Source of the DNA: Alphaproteobacteria bacterium
GTDB lineage: Bacteria; Pseudomonadota; Alphaproteobacteria; UBA7887
Assembly (NCBI GenBank): GCA_965242575.1
Contig: OZ251461.1
Span: 1,505,430-1,569,429, forward strand
Length of the DNA stretch: 64,000 nucleotides
Direction: 5' to 3'
A program made the translations under genes and the position numbers. Positions 37,810-48,444 of this stretch are shown piece by piece. Position 1 is the first letter of the stretch. Each line of letters starts with the position of its first letter. The notes below the pieces were generated by a model. That model had not been told where the DNA came from. It made no database searches and saw only the letters and a program-made list of their open reading frames with translations.

Positions 37810-38454
37810 GTGGATAAGGGCGGCCACACGATTCTTGAAGTTGACGCGCGTTGGGCGGCGAACGCCATGCCGACACTTGTCGCGGAGGTGGACGCCGTAA
37901 TCACCTCGCCGCCCTACGCTACCGCGCTTCCCTACATAGATACCGACCGGTTGAGTCTCATATATCTCGGATTGCTGGCGCGCGGAGATCACCGGGCGCG
38001 CGATATGCTGATGATCGGCAACCGCGAGATTACGAATCGGATGCGGTTAAATTACTGGGAATTCTACAAAGAAAATAAGTCCGTGCTTCCTGAGAAGACA
38101 TGCGCCATGATCGATCTTATAGATTCGCTCAACAAGGCGAGCTCGGTAGGGTTTCGGCGTCGGAACATGTCGGCACTTTTGTCGAAGTATTTCTTTGATA
38201 TGCGAAAGGTCATGACGCAGGTGGCGATCTTCTTGAAGCCCGGAGGATCGATGTTTCTCGTCGTCGGGAACAACCGGACGGAGGCTGGAGGTCAGCCGAT
38301 CGAAATCAGGACGGCGGAGCATCTTATGGAAATTGCCGAGAGTCTCGGTTTTCGGGCGGTGGACGATATGGCGATGGATATGCTGAGCTCTCGTGATATC
38401 TTCAGGAAAAATGCCGTTCCCTCGGAGCGGATCATACAGGTGGAGAAGATCTAA
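37810..38454 (+). pseudogene. Incomplete N4/N6 DNA methyltransferase (motif IV SPPY present, no AdoMet motif I)
   Basis: VDAVITSPPYATALPY and FLKPGGSMFLVVGN are present. No FxGxG or DPFxGSG motif occurs anywhere in the 214 aa. The open frame runs back into the IS5 terminus. The region is AT-rich. Confidence 0.6.
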
Positions 38455-39074
38455 TAGTACCCAAATTTCTTCTCGGAGTTGCGGACGGAATTGATGCATA
38501 TGGCAAGATATACCGGGTGTTGACTCGTCCCTTGCGGAATCACCTCCGCATAGTATTCGTAACCGGCCCCCGGAATCGCCTTCTCCATGCGAAGAATATC
38601 TCCGATATTTCCCGCGCTTCGTAATGTCTCACTCCGCAATCGGAAATCGTGTTTGTCAGGCCAGGTCATCATGTTTATGTGAACGATCTCTCCGCCTAGT
38701 CGCATAGGGATGCCGCGCCGGTCGTATTTTCCGGGTTTCCGGGGATCGAGTACGAACCTCTCGGGCCAGCCCCAGAAACTCGGGTTGGCGTCGCGAGCGG
38801 CGAGGGGTATGAAGATTTCGGGTGATCGGCGCGATGTTCCGGACGTTGTTTGGCCGACACCGACATCGGTGCGTTGAAGCGTCATCGCGAATCCGACGCC
38901 GCCGGAGGCTGCGGACGATACGGCAGCGGATGTCGACACCGAAAGCGCGCCGTCGCGCCCGGGTAGGGCAGGCGCTCGGGGCGGTTGCGTGGCTGAAAAT
39001 AGAGGATCGGTAAGCGCTGGGCGATCTTCTTCACGGCCGCTATCCGCTTTCTGAACTCCGGGAGAGATAAGCAC
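38451..39074 (-). CDS. Possible restriction-endonuclease remnant with a B3/EcoRII-N/BfiI-C-like DNA-binding domain
   Basis: The C-terminal 130 aa or so (EIFIPLAARDANPSFWGWPERF...VHINMMTWPDKHDFRLRSE...) resemble the pseudobarrel DNA-binding domain. The N-terminal 70 aa are low complexity and no catalytic domain was seen. It converges on the MTase with a 4-nt overlap. Confidence 0.35.
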   Translation of the reverse strand: MLISPGVQKADSGREEDRPALTDPLFSATQPPRAPALPGRDGALSVSTSAAVSSAASGGVGFAMTLQRTDVGVGQTTSGTSRRSPEIFIPLAARDANPSFWGWPERFVLDPRKPGKYDRRGIPMRLGGEIVHINMMTWPDKHDFRLRSETLRSAGNIGDILRMEKAIPGAGYEYYAEVIPQGTSQHPVYLAICINSVRNSEKKFGYY

Positions 39075-39284
39075 CTCCGGCGGGACAAGGCCCGTCGCCG
39101 TTAAGAGGCCGTTTTAGAATATACTATTGAAATTATTCGATTTCTGATCGGTATGGCTGCATGCTTCACACACATGCCAATGGACTCCCGCAATCTTGGG
39201 AGTTACGATCCGTTTGCCGACGCGGATACCGTGCAGACAGGATGCGGGGACAATACACTGAAAGTAATCGATTCATTCTGAAAC

Positions 39285-39916
39285 GGCCTCGTAGAGGCTC
39301 CGGGCGTCGTGCGCGCTGGCGGCGAGCGAGGCGATGACGAAGCGCGGGTTGGCCTTGCCGTGGGGCCATTCCGCCTTGCCGACGACGCGGCGCTCGCGGC
39401 TCCGACTGTCGCGCGTGGACCGCACGAAGTCCGCGAAGCGCCGCGCCGGCGCGGCGCTTCGCGCGCTGTCCGCTTGGCCTCCGCCAACACATCCGCAATC
39501 GCCGACCCGTCATGGACGATCTTGCCGTCCCCGGACGGAGACGAACCGCCCAACTCCAACCGGCTCGGCGTCGACTTCCCCGCAACCGGGGCGCAGTTCC
39601 GGCGCTTCGCGCGCAACTTCCCCGCCAACACCGCCATCACCGGACCGCCGCGCAACACGTCGTGGTTGATCGAATCCTCGTAGCCCAGCGCAATCCCCAA
39701 CACACGCCGACCCACAAGCGTCCGAACCGAGTGCTCCACGAACCGGCCATCGCGATGATCCGCGAAGCAAGCCGCAAGCCCAACCGCCGCGTCCGCCTGT
39801 CCGAGCAGCAGAGCGCCGGCGTCCGAAGTCATCGACCCGCCGTCGAAATCCGCCACAACCGCCCGCCCCGAAACCGCTTGAAAGTCACCAGGCGCCGCGC
39901 TACACTCCATTCGCAT
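39285..39916 (-). pseudogene. IS1380-family transposase remnant (frameshifted, internally deleted, 3'-truncated)
   Basis: The N-terminus ...VVADFDGGSMTSDAGALLLGQ...GRFVEHSVRTLVGRRVLGIALGYEDSINHD is IS1380-like. A later segment FADFVRSTRDSRSRERRVVGKAEWPHGKANPRFVIASL...SLYEAV sits in another frame, and similarity ends near 39290. Confidence 0.7.
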
Positions 39917-40010
39917 CGGGGAACCCCCTGCCCTGATATAAGTCCTTGTCCAAGAACACTATATCACAGGCAGGACCCCGGTGCACTCAAAACTATGAGA
40001 AATTCGAGCT

Positions 40011-41189
40011 AGTGTCCTGCGTCTGAAGTTAGTATCATAACGGGCAGTGATCGCCGATTCGGGGAGGGTAAGCGATGGGGCGTTGTGTCGGTCGGCCCGT
40101 GGCGGCCGTGGTGTTGAGCGCCGCAGAGCGGTCGTTCCTTGAGCGTCAGGTTCGCCGTCGCCGGGTGGCGCGGGGGATGTCGGATCGCTGCCGCATCGTC
40201 CTGCGCTGCGCCGATGGCTTGACGAGCAAGGCGGTGGCGGCGGAACTCGGCGTGCACGAACACACCGTCGGCAAGTGGCGTCGTCGTTTTCTGCAGGATC
40301 GTGTCGAGGGCCTGTCGGACGCGCCGCGTTCGGGGCGCCCGCGGAGCATAGAAGATGCGCGGGTGGCCGAGGTCGTCAAGCGGACGCTCGAGACGTCGCC
40401 CCCCGACGCGACGCATTGGTCGATCCGCTCGATGGCCCGGGAGGCGGGGCTTTCGCACACGACGGTGCGGCGGATCTGGAAGGCGTTCGGGCTGCAACCG
40501 CACCGGTCGGAGGCGTTCAAGCTTTCCAGCGATCCGCTGTTCGTGGATAAGGTGCGGGACATCGTGGGGCTCTATCTGTCGCCGCCGGACCGCGCGCTGG
40601 TGCTCTGCGTCGATGAGAAGAGCCAGGGACAAGCCCTTGACCGCGAGCAGCCGGTCTTGCCGACGATGCCGGGCATGCCCGAACGGCGGACGCACAACTA
40701 TGTCCGGCACGGGACGACGTCGCTGTTCGCCGCGCTCGACGCCGCAACGGGCTTCGTCATCGGCAAGTGCTATAGACGCCACCGGGCGCGGGAGTTCCTC
40801 GATTTCCTCAAGGAGATCGACGCTCGTGTTCCCGAAGACCTGGACGTTCATATCGTCATGGACAACTACACGACCCACAAGACCGCTTCGGTCAAGGCAT
40901 GGCTGGCGCGACGGCCACGCTATCACGCTCACTTCACGCCGACCTCGGCCTCGTGGATCAATCAGGTGGAGCGCTGGTTCGCCGAACTGACGCGCAAGCA
41001 GCTTCAACGGGGCGTGCACACCTCCACGAAACAGCTCGAGGCGGATATCCGCGCCTTCATCGACCGGCACAACCAGAATCCCAAGCCCTTCAAATGGACC
41101 AAAACCGCCGACGATATCCTCGCACCCGTCAAACGCTTCTGTCACCGCGTCGACCGCACATTATGCAGCGAACTTTAGACTCAGGACAC
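40011..41189 (+). mobile_element. IS630-family insertion sequence, apparently intact
   Basis: 20-bp terminal inverted repeats (40011-40030 GTGTCCTGCGTCTGAAGTTA versus the reverse complement of 41170-41189) agree at 18 of the first 19 positions; position 20 also differs. TA dinucleotides flank both ends (40009-40010 and 41190-41191). Confidence 0.9.
40075..41178 (+). CDS. IS630-family DDE transposase
   Basis: HTH region ...[23 protein letters not shown]... and DDE region LCVDEKSQ...[11 protein letters not shown]...[19 protein letters not shown]. Confidence 0.9.
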   Translation: MGRCVGRPVAAVVLSAAERSFLERQVRRRRVARGMSDRCRIVLRCADGLTSKAVAAELGVHEHTVGKWRRRFLQDRVEGLSDAPRSGRPRSIEDARVAEVVKRTLETSPPDATHWSIRSMAREAGLSHTTVRRIWKAFGLQPHRSEAFKLSSDPLFVDKVRDIVGLYLSPPDRALVLCVDEKSQGQALDREQPVLPTMPGMPERRTHNYVRHGTTSLFAALDAATGFVIGKCYRRHRAREFLDFLKEIDARVPEDLDVHIVMDNYTTHKTASVKAWLARRPRYHAHFTPTSASWINQVERWFAELTRKQLQRGVHTSTKQLEADIRAFIDRHNQNPKPFKWTKTADDILAPVKRFCHRVDRTLCSEL

Positions 41190-41639
41190 TAGCCCATCGC
41201 CGGAGGAATCGGCGCGGCGCCAAGCGCGGCCCTGCAATCGCCATGATCCAGGCCCCGATAAACCCCCGACCCGTGACGGCGGCGCCGGGCGTGGCGCCGC
41301 CATCCGCGAGGCGCGCCATGACCGCCGCGCGGCCGCTCAAGGCCGCCCGCGCCGGCGACGAAGCCGAAATTGAGGCGCCGATCGCCCGCGGCGTGAAAGG
41401 CGCCCGAAAGCAGCTTATGGAAGCCGCATGCCGGTCGACGGGCGCGGTCTGGCCGAGACGCCGATCATCGTCGGACACAGGCGCCCGGACGATGGCGGCC
41501 GCCGCGCGCGTCGAACCGGCGGCGCGGCGGATCGGATCGCCGGCTTCGTCGGCTACGACGAACGCCGGGCGAGTCGCATCCATACGCGGGTCGAGGGCTG
41601 GATCGACCGCCGTCGATCCGGGCCGTCGGCGACCGCAGC

Positions 41640-41827
41640 GCGCGGCGACCCGCTGTTCGCGCTGTATGCGCCCGAGATCGCCGTCGCCGGCAGCGAGCGG
41701 CGAATACAAGGCGCTGAGCGGCGACCGGGCCGGGCAATATGGAGGATGGGCGAATGCGCAATGGCGAATTGGCTTCCGGCGGGAAAACGACAGAGCGTAC
41801 GATGTCGAGATCGTGGACTACCGCTGA
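41640..41827 (+). pseudogene. higB: Decayed higB (RelE/ParE-superfamily killer) remnant
   Basis: C-terminal YKALSGDRAGQY...QWRIGFRRENDRAYDVEIVDYR is HigB-like. Upstream similarity is recoverable only in another frame (LFALYAPEIAVAGSE). Confidence 0.45.
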
Positions 41828-41858
41828 AGAACCCGGAGCGGCGGGCGCGGCGAACGGC

Positions 41859-42146
41859 ATGAAGCCGGTGCATCCCGGCGAGATTCTGCGCGACGAACTC
41901 GACGAACTCGGTCTCTCCCCCCGCGATTTCGCGAAAGCCCTGGATCTGGCCGCGGATACGGTCGCCGAGATACTGGATGGGCGGCGGAGCGTCACGGCCG
42001 ACACCGCCCTGCGGCTGGCGCGGTATTTTGGCGCGACGCCCCGGGTCTGGCTGAACCTAGCAAGCGGCCTACGACCTGCGCCGCGCCGAGATGGCGGCCG
42101 GGCGCCGGATAGCCGAGCGCTCCACCCCGCGCGAAGCGGCGGCGTG
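41859..42146 (+). pseudogene. higA: higA antitoxin (XRE HTH) with a frameshift near its 3' end
   Basis: MKPVHPGEILRDELDELGLSPRDFAKALDLAADTVAEILDGRRSVTADTALRLARYFGATPRVWLNL. The expected tail AYDLRRAEMAAGRRIAERSTPREAAA* is in the +1 frame from about 42064. Confidence 0.7.
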
Positions 42147-42239
42147 AAGACGCGAAACGCGGCGTCCCGTCGCGGCGGCCTCGGGGTTACGCGCGCGCGG
42201 TTCCGATATAGGCTGGCGCGACCGATAGGGAGTCCGTCC

Positions 42240-43364
42240 ATGCCGCCGCTCGCCGATCTGCGCGTGCTCGATTTCACCACCCTGCTGCCGGGGCCGTTCG
42301 CCACCCTGATCCTCGCCGAGGCGGGGGCGGAGGTGGTCAAGATCGAACGCCCGGGCGGCGAGGACATGCGCGCCGGCCGCCCGCGCGCCGGCGACCAGGG
42401 GCTGCTCTTCGCCATGCTCAACCGCGGCAAGAAGAGCATCGAGATCGACCTCAAGGCCCCCGGCGCCGCCGCCCGGCTGGCGCCGCTGATCGAAAGCGCC
42501 GACGTCCTCGTCGAGCAGTTCCGCCCCGGCGTCATGGCCCGGCTCGGCCTCGACTGGGCGCGGGTCCGCCGCGTCAACCCCCGCCTCGTCTATTGCTCGA
42601 TCACCGGCTACGGCCAGGACGGGCCGATGGCCGCCGTCGCCGGCCACGACCTCAATTACTGCGCCGACACCGGATTCCTCTCGCTCACCAGGGGCGCCGA
42701 CGGAAGCCCCAACGTCCCGCAGACGCAGATCGCCGACATCGGCGCCGGCAGCTACCCCGCGGTCATGAACGTCATGTTCGCCCTGTGGGCCGCGCGGCGG
42801 ACCGGCCGGGGCGCGCATCTCGACATCGCCATGTCCGACAACATGTTCCCGTTCATGTGGGCGCCGATGGCGCTCGGCCGCGCCTCCGGGCGCTGGACCG
42901 AGGGGAGCGACATGTACCTCACCGGCGGCTCCGCCCGATACCAGCTCTACCGCGCGCGCGACGGGCGCTACATCGCCTGCGGCGCGCTGGAGCAGAAGTT
43001 CTGGGACGAATTCTGCGACTGCATCGGCCTCGACGCGGCGCTGCGCGACGACGCCCGGGACCCGCAAGCGGCGCTGGCCGGCGTGGCGGAGCGCATCGCC
43101 CTGCGCGATTCGGACGACTGGCGCCGGCGCTTCGCCGGACGCGACGTCTGCGCCGGAGTCGTCCGCGGCCTCGAGGAGGCGCTGGCCGACCCGCAATTCG
43201 CCGGGCGCGGCCTGTTCGCCCACCGCCTCGACGACGGCGCCGCATCGCCGCCGGCGCTGTCGGTTCCGGTCGCGGCGGCGCTGCGCGGCCCGCCCGCCGC
43301 CGTCGCCGCGCCGGCGCTCGGCGGCGCCAATGCGCTGCTCGCCCCGCCCCTCGCCGCGGAGTGA
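42240..43364 (+). CDS. CaiB/BaiF family III CoA-transferase / alpha-methylacyl-CoA racemase-like
   Basis: LADLRVLDFTTLLPGPFATLILAEAGAEVVKIERPGG...NRGKKS...VLVEQFRPG...GHDLNY. Confidence 0.85.
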   Translation: MPPLADLRVLDFTTLLPGPFATLILAEAGAEVVKIERPGGEDMRAGRPRAGDQGLLFAMLNRGKKSIEIDLKAPGAAARLAPLIESADVLVEQFRPGVMARLGLDWARVRRVNPRLVYCSITGYGQDGPMAAVAGHDLNYCADTGFLSLTRGADGSPNVPQTQIADIGAGSYPAVMNVMFALWAARRTGRGAHLDIAMSDNMFPFMWAPMALGRASGRWTEGSDMYLTGGSARYQLYRARDGRYIACGALEQKFWDEFCDCIGLDAALRDDARDPQAALAGVAERIALRDSDDWRRRFAGRDVCAGVVRGLEEALADPQFAGRGLFAHRLDDGAASPPALSVPVAAALRGPPAAVAAPALGGANALLAPPLAAE

Positions 43365-43369
43365 CGTCC

Positions 43370-43831
43370 GTGCCGCGAATTCTCCTCATCCAGGGCGCCA
43401 ACATGGCGCGGCTCGGCCGCCGCCAGCCCGAGATCTACGGGACCGAGACCGCCGCCGAACTCGACTCCCGCCTCATGGACCGCGCCGCCCGGCTCGGCCT
43501 GGAGCTGGAAATTTTCTACACCCATGTCGAGGGAGAGGCGATCGGCAGGCTCTACCGCGCCGTCGAGGAGGGGCTGGACGGGCTGGCGATGAACCCCGCC
43601 GGCTTCAGCCGCGCCGGCTACGCGCTGCGCGACGCCGTCGCCGGCTGCGCCGGGCTGCCCTACGTCGAGGTCCACGTCTCCAACATCGAGAAGCGCGGCA
43701 TCCGCTCCGTCCTCGCCGAGGCGGCGGTCGGCGTCATCGCCGGGTTCGGCCTCGCCGGCTACGAACTCGCGCTCGAGGCGCTGGCCGGACTCCTCGCCGC
43801 GCAGACCGCCGGAAAGGCCGCCGCGCCGTGA
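43370..43831 (+). CDS. aroQ: Type II 3-dehydroquinate dehydratase
   Basis: ILLIQGANMARLGRRQPEIYG...INPAGFSRAGYALRDA...PYVEVHVSNI..R. Confidence 0.85.
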   Translation: MPRILLIQGANMARLGRRQPEIYGTETAAELDSRLMDRAARLGLELEIFYTHVEGEAIGRLYRAVEEGLDGLAMNPAGFSRAGYALRDAVAGCAGLPYVEVHVSNIEKRGIRSVLAEAAVGVIAGFGLAGYELALEALAGLLAAQTAGKAAAP

Positions 43832-44925
43832 CCGCGAGTCCGCTCCGCCCCCGGCCCGGCGTCCTCGACATCGCCGCCTACGTTCCGGGGGAGGCCCGCG
43901 CGCGCGGCGACCGGCCGCCCGTCCTCCTCGCCTCCAACGAAACCCCGCTCGGCACCAGCCCGCGCGCGGTCGAGGCGTTCCGCGGCTGCGCCGGCCGGCT
44001 GCACCGCTACCCCGACGGCGCCGCGACGGAGCTGCGCGCGGCGATCGGCGCCCGCCACGGCCTCGACCCCGCGCGCATCGTCTGCGGCGCCGGCTCCGAC
44101 GACCTGCTGAGCCTCGTCGCCACCGCCTGGTCCGGCCCCGGCGACGAGGCGATGTTCGGCGCGCACGGCTTCGCCATGTTCCCCATCGCCGCGCGCATCG
44201 CCGGCGCGGCCCCGGTCGCCGTCCCCGAACGCGGCCTGACGGTGGACGTCGACGCCATGATCGCCCGCGCCGGGCCGGACACGCGAATCTGCTTCGTCGC
44301 CAACCCCAACAACCCGACGGGGACCTACCTGCCCGCCGTCGAGCTCGCCCGCCTGCGCGCCGGCCTGCCGGACAATTGCCTGCTCGTCGTCGACTCGGCC
44401 TACGCCGAATACATGGCGCCGCGCGCCGATTACGCCGACGGCCGGGCGCTGGTCGACGCCCATGACAACGTCGTCATGACCCGCACCTTCTCGAAGATCT
44501 ACGGCCTGTCGGCGCTGCGCCTGGGCTGGCTCTACGGGCCGCCTTTCGTCGTCGACGTCCTCCACCGCGTCCGTCTGCCGTTCAACGTCGGCGCGCCGGC
44601 GCAGGCGGCGGGCGCCGCGGCGCTGGAGGATGCGGAATTCGTCGCCCGCGCGGTCGCCCACAACGAACGCTGGCGCCCCTGGCTCGAGGCCGAGGCCCGG
44701 ACGCTCGGCCTCGGCGCCCGTCCCGGCGCGGCGAATTTCGTGCTGCTGGAGTTCCCCGCCGGGCCGGAGCGCGGCGCCGCGGCGGCCTACGATTTCCTGC
44801 TCGACCGCGGGATCGTGGGCCGCCGGGTGGCGAATTACGGCCTGCCGAATTGCCTCCGGTTCTCGGTCGGGCTGGAGGAGGAGAACCGCCGCCTGGTGGA
44901 GGAATTGGCCGCGTTCCTCGCCTGA
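43828..44925 (+). CDS. hisC: Histidinol-phosphate aminotransferase
   Basis: GTGA overlap with aroQ. Motifs LASNETPLG, YPD, NPNNPTG and TRTFSKIYGLSALRLGW. Confidence 0.85.
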   Translation: MTASPLRPRPGVLDIAAYVPGEARARGDRPPVLLASNETPLGTSPRAVEAFRGCAGRLHRYPDGAATELRAAIGARHGLDPARIVCGAGSDDLLSLVATAWSGPGDEAMFGAHGFAMFPIAARIAGAAPVAVPERGLTVDVDAMIARAGPDTRICFVANPNNPTGTYLPAVELARLRAGLPDNCLLVVDSAYAEYMAPRADYADGRALVDAHDNVVMTRTFSKIYGLSALRLGWLYGPPFVVDVLHRVRLPFNVGAPAQAAGAAALEDAEFVARAVAHNERWRPWLEAEARTLGLGARPGAANFVLLEFPAGPERGAAAAYDFLLDRGIVGRRVANYGLPNCLRFSVGLEEENRRLVEELAAFLA

Positions 44926-45192
44926 ATCCGGGGGCCGGCGAATTTTTCGCGCATCGGGCGCGAATAGGCGTTGCGTCCCGGCGCCGGGCGCGCCATAGTG
45001 GCGCAAGCGCCGACTTCCGACGGCTGGCGCGGCGGGCCTTCGGGCTCGCCCGTCCGGGCCTCTCCCGCTCCGGAGCGGCCCGGCGCCACGCCACCGGCGG
45101 CGGGCGGGGACCGGCGCGCGCGCCATGCGCGACCGGCCCCCGAAGGCCCCTGGGGAGGAACCGCGGGCGCGACATGCGGAGGGAGCGAACGT

Positions 45193-45645
45193 ATGATCGA
45201 ACTCAGCGTAAACGGGGTGCGGCGCCACTTCGCCGGCGATCCGAACATGCCCCTGCTCTGGTACGTCCGGGACGAACTCGGACTGACCGGGAGCAAATTC
45301 GGCTGCGGCGCCGGCCTGTGCGGCAGCTGCACCATGCACGTCGACGGCGCCGCGGTGCGCGGCTGCATCACGCCGGTGGCCGACGCCGCCGGCGGCGAGG
45401 TCACCACCATCGAGGGGCTCGACCTCAACGGCGCCCACCCCGTGCAGCGGGCGTGGCGGGCGCACAACGTGCCCCAATGCGGCTACTGCCAGTCCGGCCA
45501 GATCATGAACGCGGCCGCGTTCCTGGCCGAGAACTCCGATCCGACGGACCAGGAGATTCTCGACGCCATGGACGGCAACATCTGCCGCTGCGGCACCTAC
45601 CAGCGGATCGCGGCCGCGATTCGCACCGCCGCGAAGGAGGTCTAG
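45193..45645 (+). CDS. (2Fe-2S)-binding small subunit of a molybdopterin oxidoreductase (IorA-like)
   Basis: [16 protein letters not shown] and [11 protein letters not shown]...NICRCGTY. Confidence 0.85.
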   Translation: MIELSVNGVRRHFAGDPNMPLLWYVRDELGLTGSKFGCGAGLCGSCTMHVDGAAVRGCITPVADAAGGEVTTIEGLDLNGAHPVQRAWRAHNVPQCGYCQSGQIMNAAAFLAENSDPTDQEILDAMDGNICRCGTYQRIAAAIRTAAKEV

Positions 45646-45647
45646 CC

Positions 45648-47966
45648 ATGTCGGTCATCCAGAACCTCAGCCGGCGCGACGTCCTCAAGGGGAGCGCCGC
45701 GACCGCCGGGCTGGTGCTCGGCGCCCGGATGCTGCCCGACGGAATGCTGGCCGGGAAGGCCAGGGCCGCCACCATGGCCCAGCCCAACCTGTTCTGCGCC
45801 ATCGACTCCGACGGGACCGTCACCATCACCTGCAGCCGCAGCGAGATGGGCCAGGGCGTGCGGACGGGCATCCCCATGATGCTCGCCGACGAACTCGAGG
45901 CGGACTGGAACCGCGTCAAGATCTGGCAGGCGCCGGGCGACGCGGAGAAGTACGACCCCGCCGGCCAGGACGCGCAGAACACCGACGGCTCGCGCAGCAC
46001 CCGCCACCACCTGGACGTCATGCGCGAGCTCGGCGCCCAGGCCCGCGACGTGCTCGAACGCGCCGCGGCCGAGATGTGGGGCGTCGACGCCGCCGAGGTC
46101 TATGCGCGCGACCACCGCCTCCACCACACCGGCTCCGGCCGGTCGGTCGACTTCGGCGAGGTCGTCGAGGCGGCGGCGAACATCGAGCCGAAGGACTCGG
46201 TCCCGCTCAAGGACCCGTCGCAGTGGCGCTACATCGGCAAGGACATGCCGGTGGTCGACAACTACGACCTGAGCACCGGCGGCGGCGTCTATGGCGCCGA
46301 CGTGTCGATCCCCGGCATGAAGATCGCCGTGGCGGCGCGCTGTCCGGTCTATCGCGGGCGCGTCAAGTCCTTCAACGCCGACAAGGCGCTGGCGGTGGAG
46401 GGCGTCGAGCAGGTCGTCGAGATCCCGGCCCTCGACATGGACAAGCCGGCGGAGTTCCGCGCCCTCGGCGGCGTGGCCGTCATCGGGACCAACACCTGGT
46501 CGGTGCTCGAGGGCCGCAGGCTGCTCGAGATCGAGTGGGACTACGGGCCCAACACCGCCCACTCGTCCGGTCCCTACAACGAGGCGCTCCGCGCGGCGGC
46601 CCGCGAGGGTACGTCGAACGGCAAGGGCGTGGTCGTCCGCAACCGCGGCGACGTCGACGCGGCGTTCGCGGCGGCGGACCGGACCTTCGAGTCCGAGTAC
46701 TTCGTGCCCTACTTCATCCACACGACGATGGAGCCGATGTGCGCCCTGGTGGACGCCAATTCGAGCCCCGTCCGCGTGTGGGGGTCGGTGCAGTCGCCGA
46801 ACGACACCCGGCGCTACGTCGCCGATGCGCTCGGCATGACCGACGCCGAGGGCGCGCCGGACCCGTCGAACGTCACCTGCGAGGTCACGCTGCTCGGCGG
46901 CGGGTTCGGGCGCAAGTCGCAGTCCGACTTCGTGTGCGAGGCGGCGATCCTCTCCAAGATGATCGGCGCTCCGGTGCGGATGCAGTGGACCCGCGAGGAC
47001 GACATCCAGATCGGCTACTACCACACCGCGAGCGCGCACGCGCTCAAGGCGGCGGTGGACTCCGGCGGCAAGGTCACGGCGTGGAAGCACTCCGGCGCCT
47101 GGCCGTCGATCCTGGCCCTCTGGGTGCCGGACCAGAAGGTCGGCTTCGGCATCGAATACGGCCTCGGCCTGGTCGACACCCCCTATAACGAGGTGCCGAA
47201 CATCCGGATCGAGAACGGCGAGGCGGATCCGATGATCCGCATCGGCTGGTACCGCTCGGTGAACAACATCCAGCACTCGTTCGCGATGAACAGCTTCGCG
47301 CACGAGATCGCCACCGAGACCGGACAGGACCCGGTCGAGTTCCTCGCCCGCCTGATCGGCGAGTCCGACAACATGGACCTCGCCGCCGACGGCGTCGAGG
47401 AGTACTGGAACTACGGCGATCCGGTCGACAAGTGGCCGATCATGCCGAACCGCCTGACCAACGCGCTCCGCATCGCGGCCGCGAAGGCGGGCTACGGCAA
47501 GCCGCTGCCTCCGGGCCACGGCATCGGCGTCGCGGCGCATCGCTCGTTCCACGCCTACGTCGCGACCGCCGTCCACGTCGCCGTTCGCGACGACGGAACG
47601 CTCCACGTCGTCCAGGTCGACACGGCCTACGACGCCGGGCGCTACGTCAACCCGGAGGGCATCAGGAAGCAGGTCGAGGGCGCGGCCATCTACGGCCACA
47701 CCATCGCCCTGCACGGCCAGATCACGACCACCGACGGCGCGGTCGACCAGAGCAACTTCCACGACTACCCCATCACGCGCATCGGCGACGCGCCGTTGAA
47801 CGTGAAGGTCCACATCGTGGAGGACTTCGTGCACACGCCGCCGAACGGCGTGGGCGAACCGGGCGTTCCGCCCTATGCGCCGGCGCTCGCCAACGCGATC
47901 TTCGCGGCCACCGGCAAGCGCATCCGCAACCTCCCGATCCGTCCCGAGGACGTGGCGGGGGCCTGA
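45648..47966 (+). CDS. Molybdopterin-binding large subunit, aldehyde/isoquinoline oxidoreductase beta-like (IorB-like), Tat-exported
   Basis: [19 protein letters not shown] is a Tat-type signal. Also [18 protein letters not shown] and [19 protein letters not shown]. Confidence 0.8.
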   Translation: MSVIQNLSRRDVLKGSAATAGLVLGARMLPDGMLAGKARAATMAQPNLFCAIDSDGTVTITCSRSEMGQGVRTGIPMMLADELEADWNRVKIWQAPGDAEKYDPAGQDAQNTDGSRSTRHHLDVMRELGAQARDVLERAAAEMWGVDAAEVYARDHRLHHTGSGRSVDFGEVVEAAANIEPKDSVPLKDPSQWRYIGKDMPVVDNYDLSTGGGVYGADVSIPGMKIAVAARCPVYRGRVKSFNADKALAVEGVEQVVEIPALDMDKPAEFRALGGVAVIGTNTWSVLEGRRLLEIEWDYGPNTAHSSGPYNEALRAAAREGTSNGKGVVVRNRGDVDAAFAAADRTFESEYFVPYFIHTTMEPMCALVDANSSPVRVWGSVQSPNDTRRYVADALGMTDAEGAPDPSNVTCEVTLLGGGFGRKSQSDFVCEAAILSKMIGAPVRMQWTREDDIQIGYYHTASAHALKAAVDSGGKVTAWKHSGAWPSILALWVPDQKVGFGIEYGLGLVDTPYNEVPNIRIENGEADPMIRIGWYRSVNNIQHSFAMNSFAHEIATETGQDPVEFLARLIGESDNMDLAADGVEEYWNYGDPVDKWPIMPNRLTNALRIAAAKAGYGKPLPPGHGIGVAAHRSFHAYVATAVHVAVRDDGTLHVVQVDTAYDAGRYVNPEGIRKQVEGAAIYGHTIALHGQITTTDGAVDQSNFHDYPITRIGDAPLNVKVHIVEDFVHTPPNGVGEPGVPPYAPALANAIFAATGKRIRNLPIRPEDVAGA

Positions 47967-47989
47967 CGGCGCGGCGTTTTCCGACTACC

Positions 47990-48018
47990 GGCGGCTGCCT
48001 TCGGGCAGCCGCCTTTTT
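47990..48018 (+). terminator. Rho-independent terminator
   Basis: ggcggctgcc-ttcg-ggcagccgcc followed by ttttt. Confidence 0.85.
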
Positions 48019-48036
48019 CTTTCCCCGGAGGACGGC

Positions 48037-48440
<404 letters not shown>

Positions 48441-48444
<4 letters not shown>

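Noticed and set aside
37795-37814. Shared octamer CTCAGGAC between the IS5 right end (reverse complement of 37799-37806) and the IS630 inverted repeat
   Set aside because: Only 8 nt are shared, the flanks are unrelated and the transposase families differ. It is most likely a chance match.
41192-41640. ORFs 41161..41709 (-) and 41243..41827 (+) between IS630 and the higB remnant
   Set aside because: No family resemblance in any frame. The region is probably degraded sequence, so no call is made.
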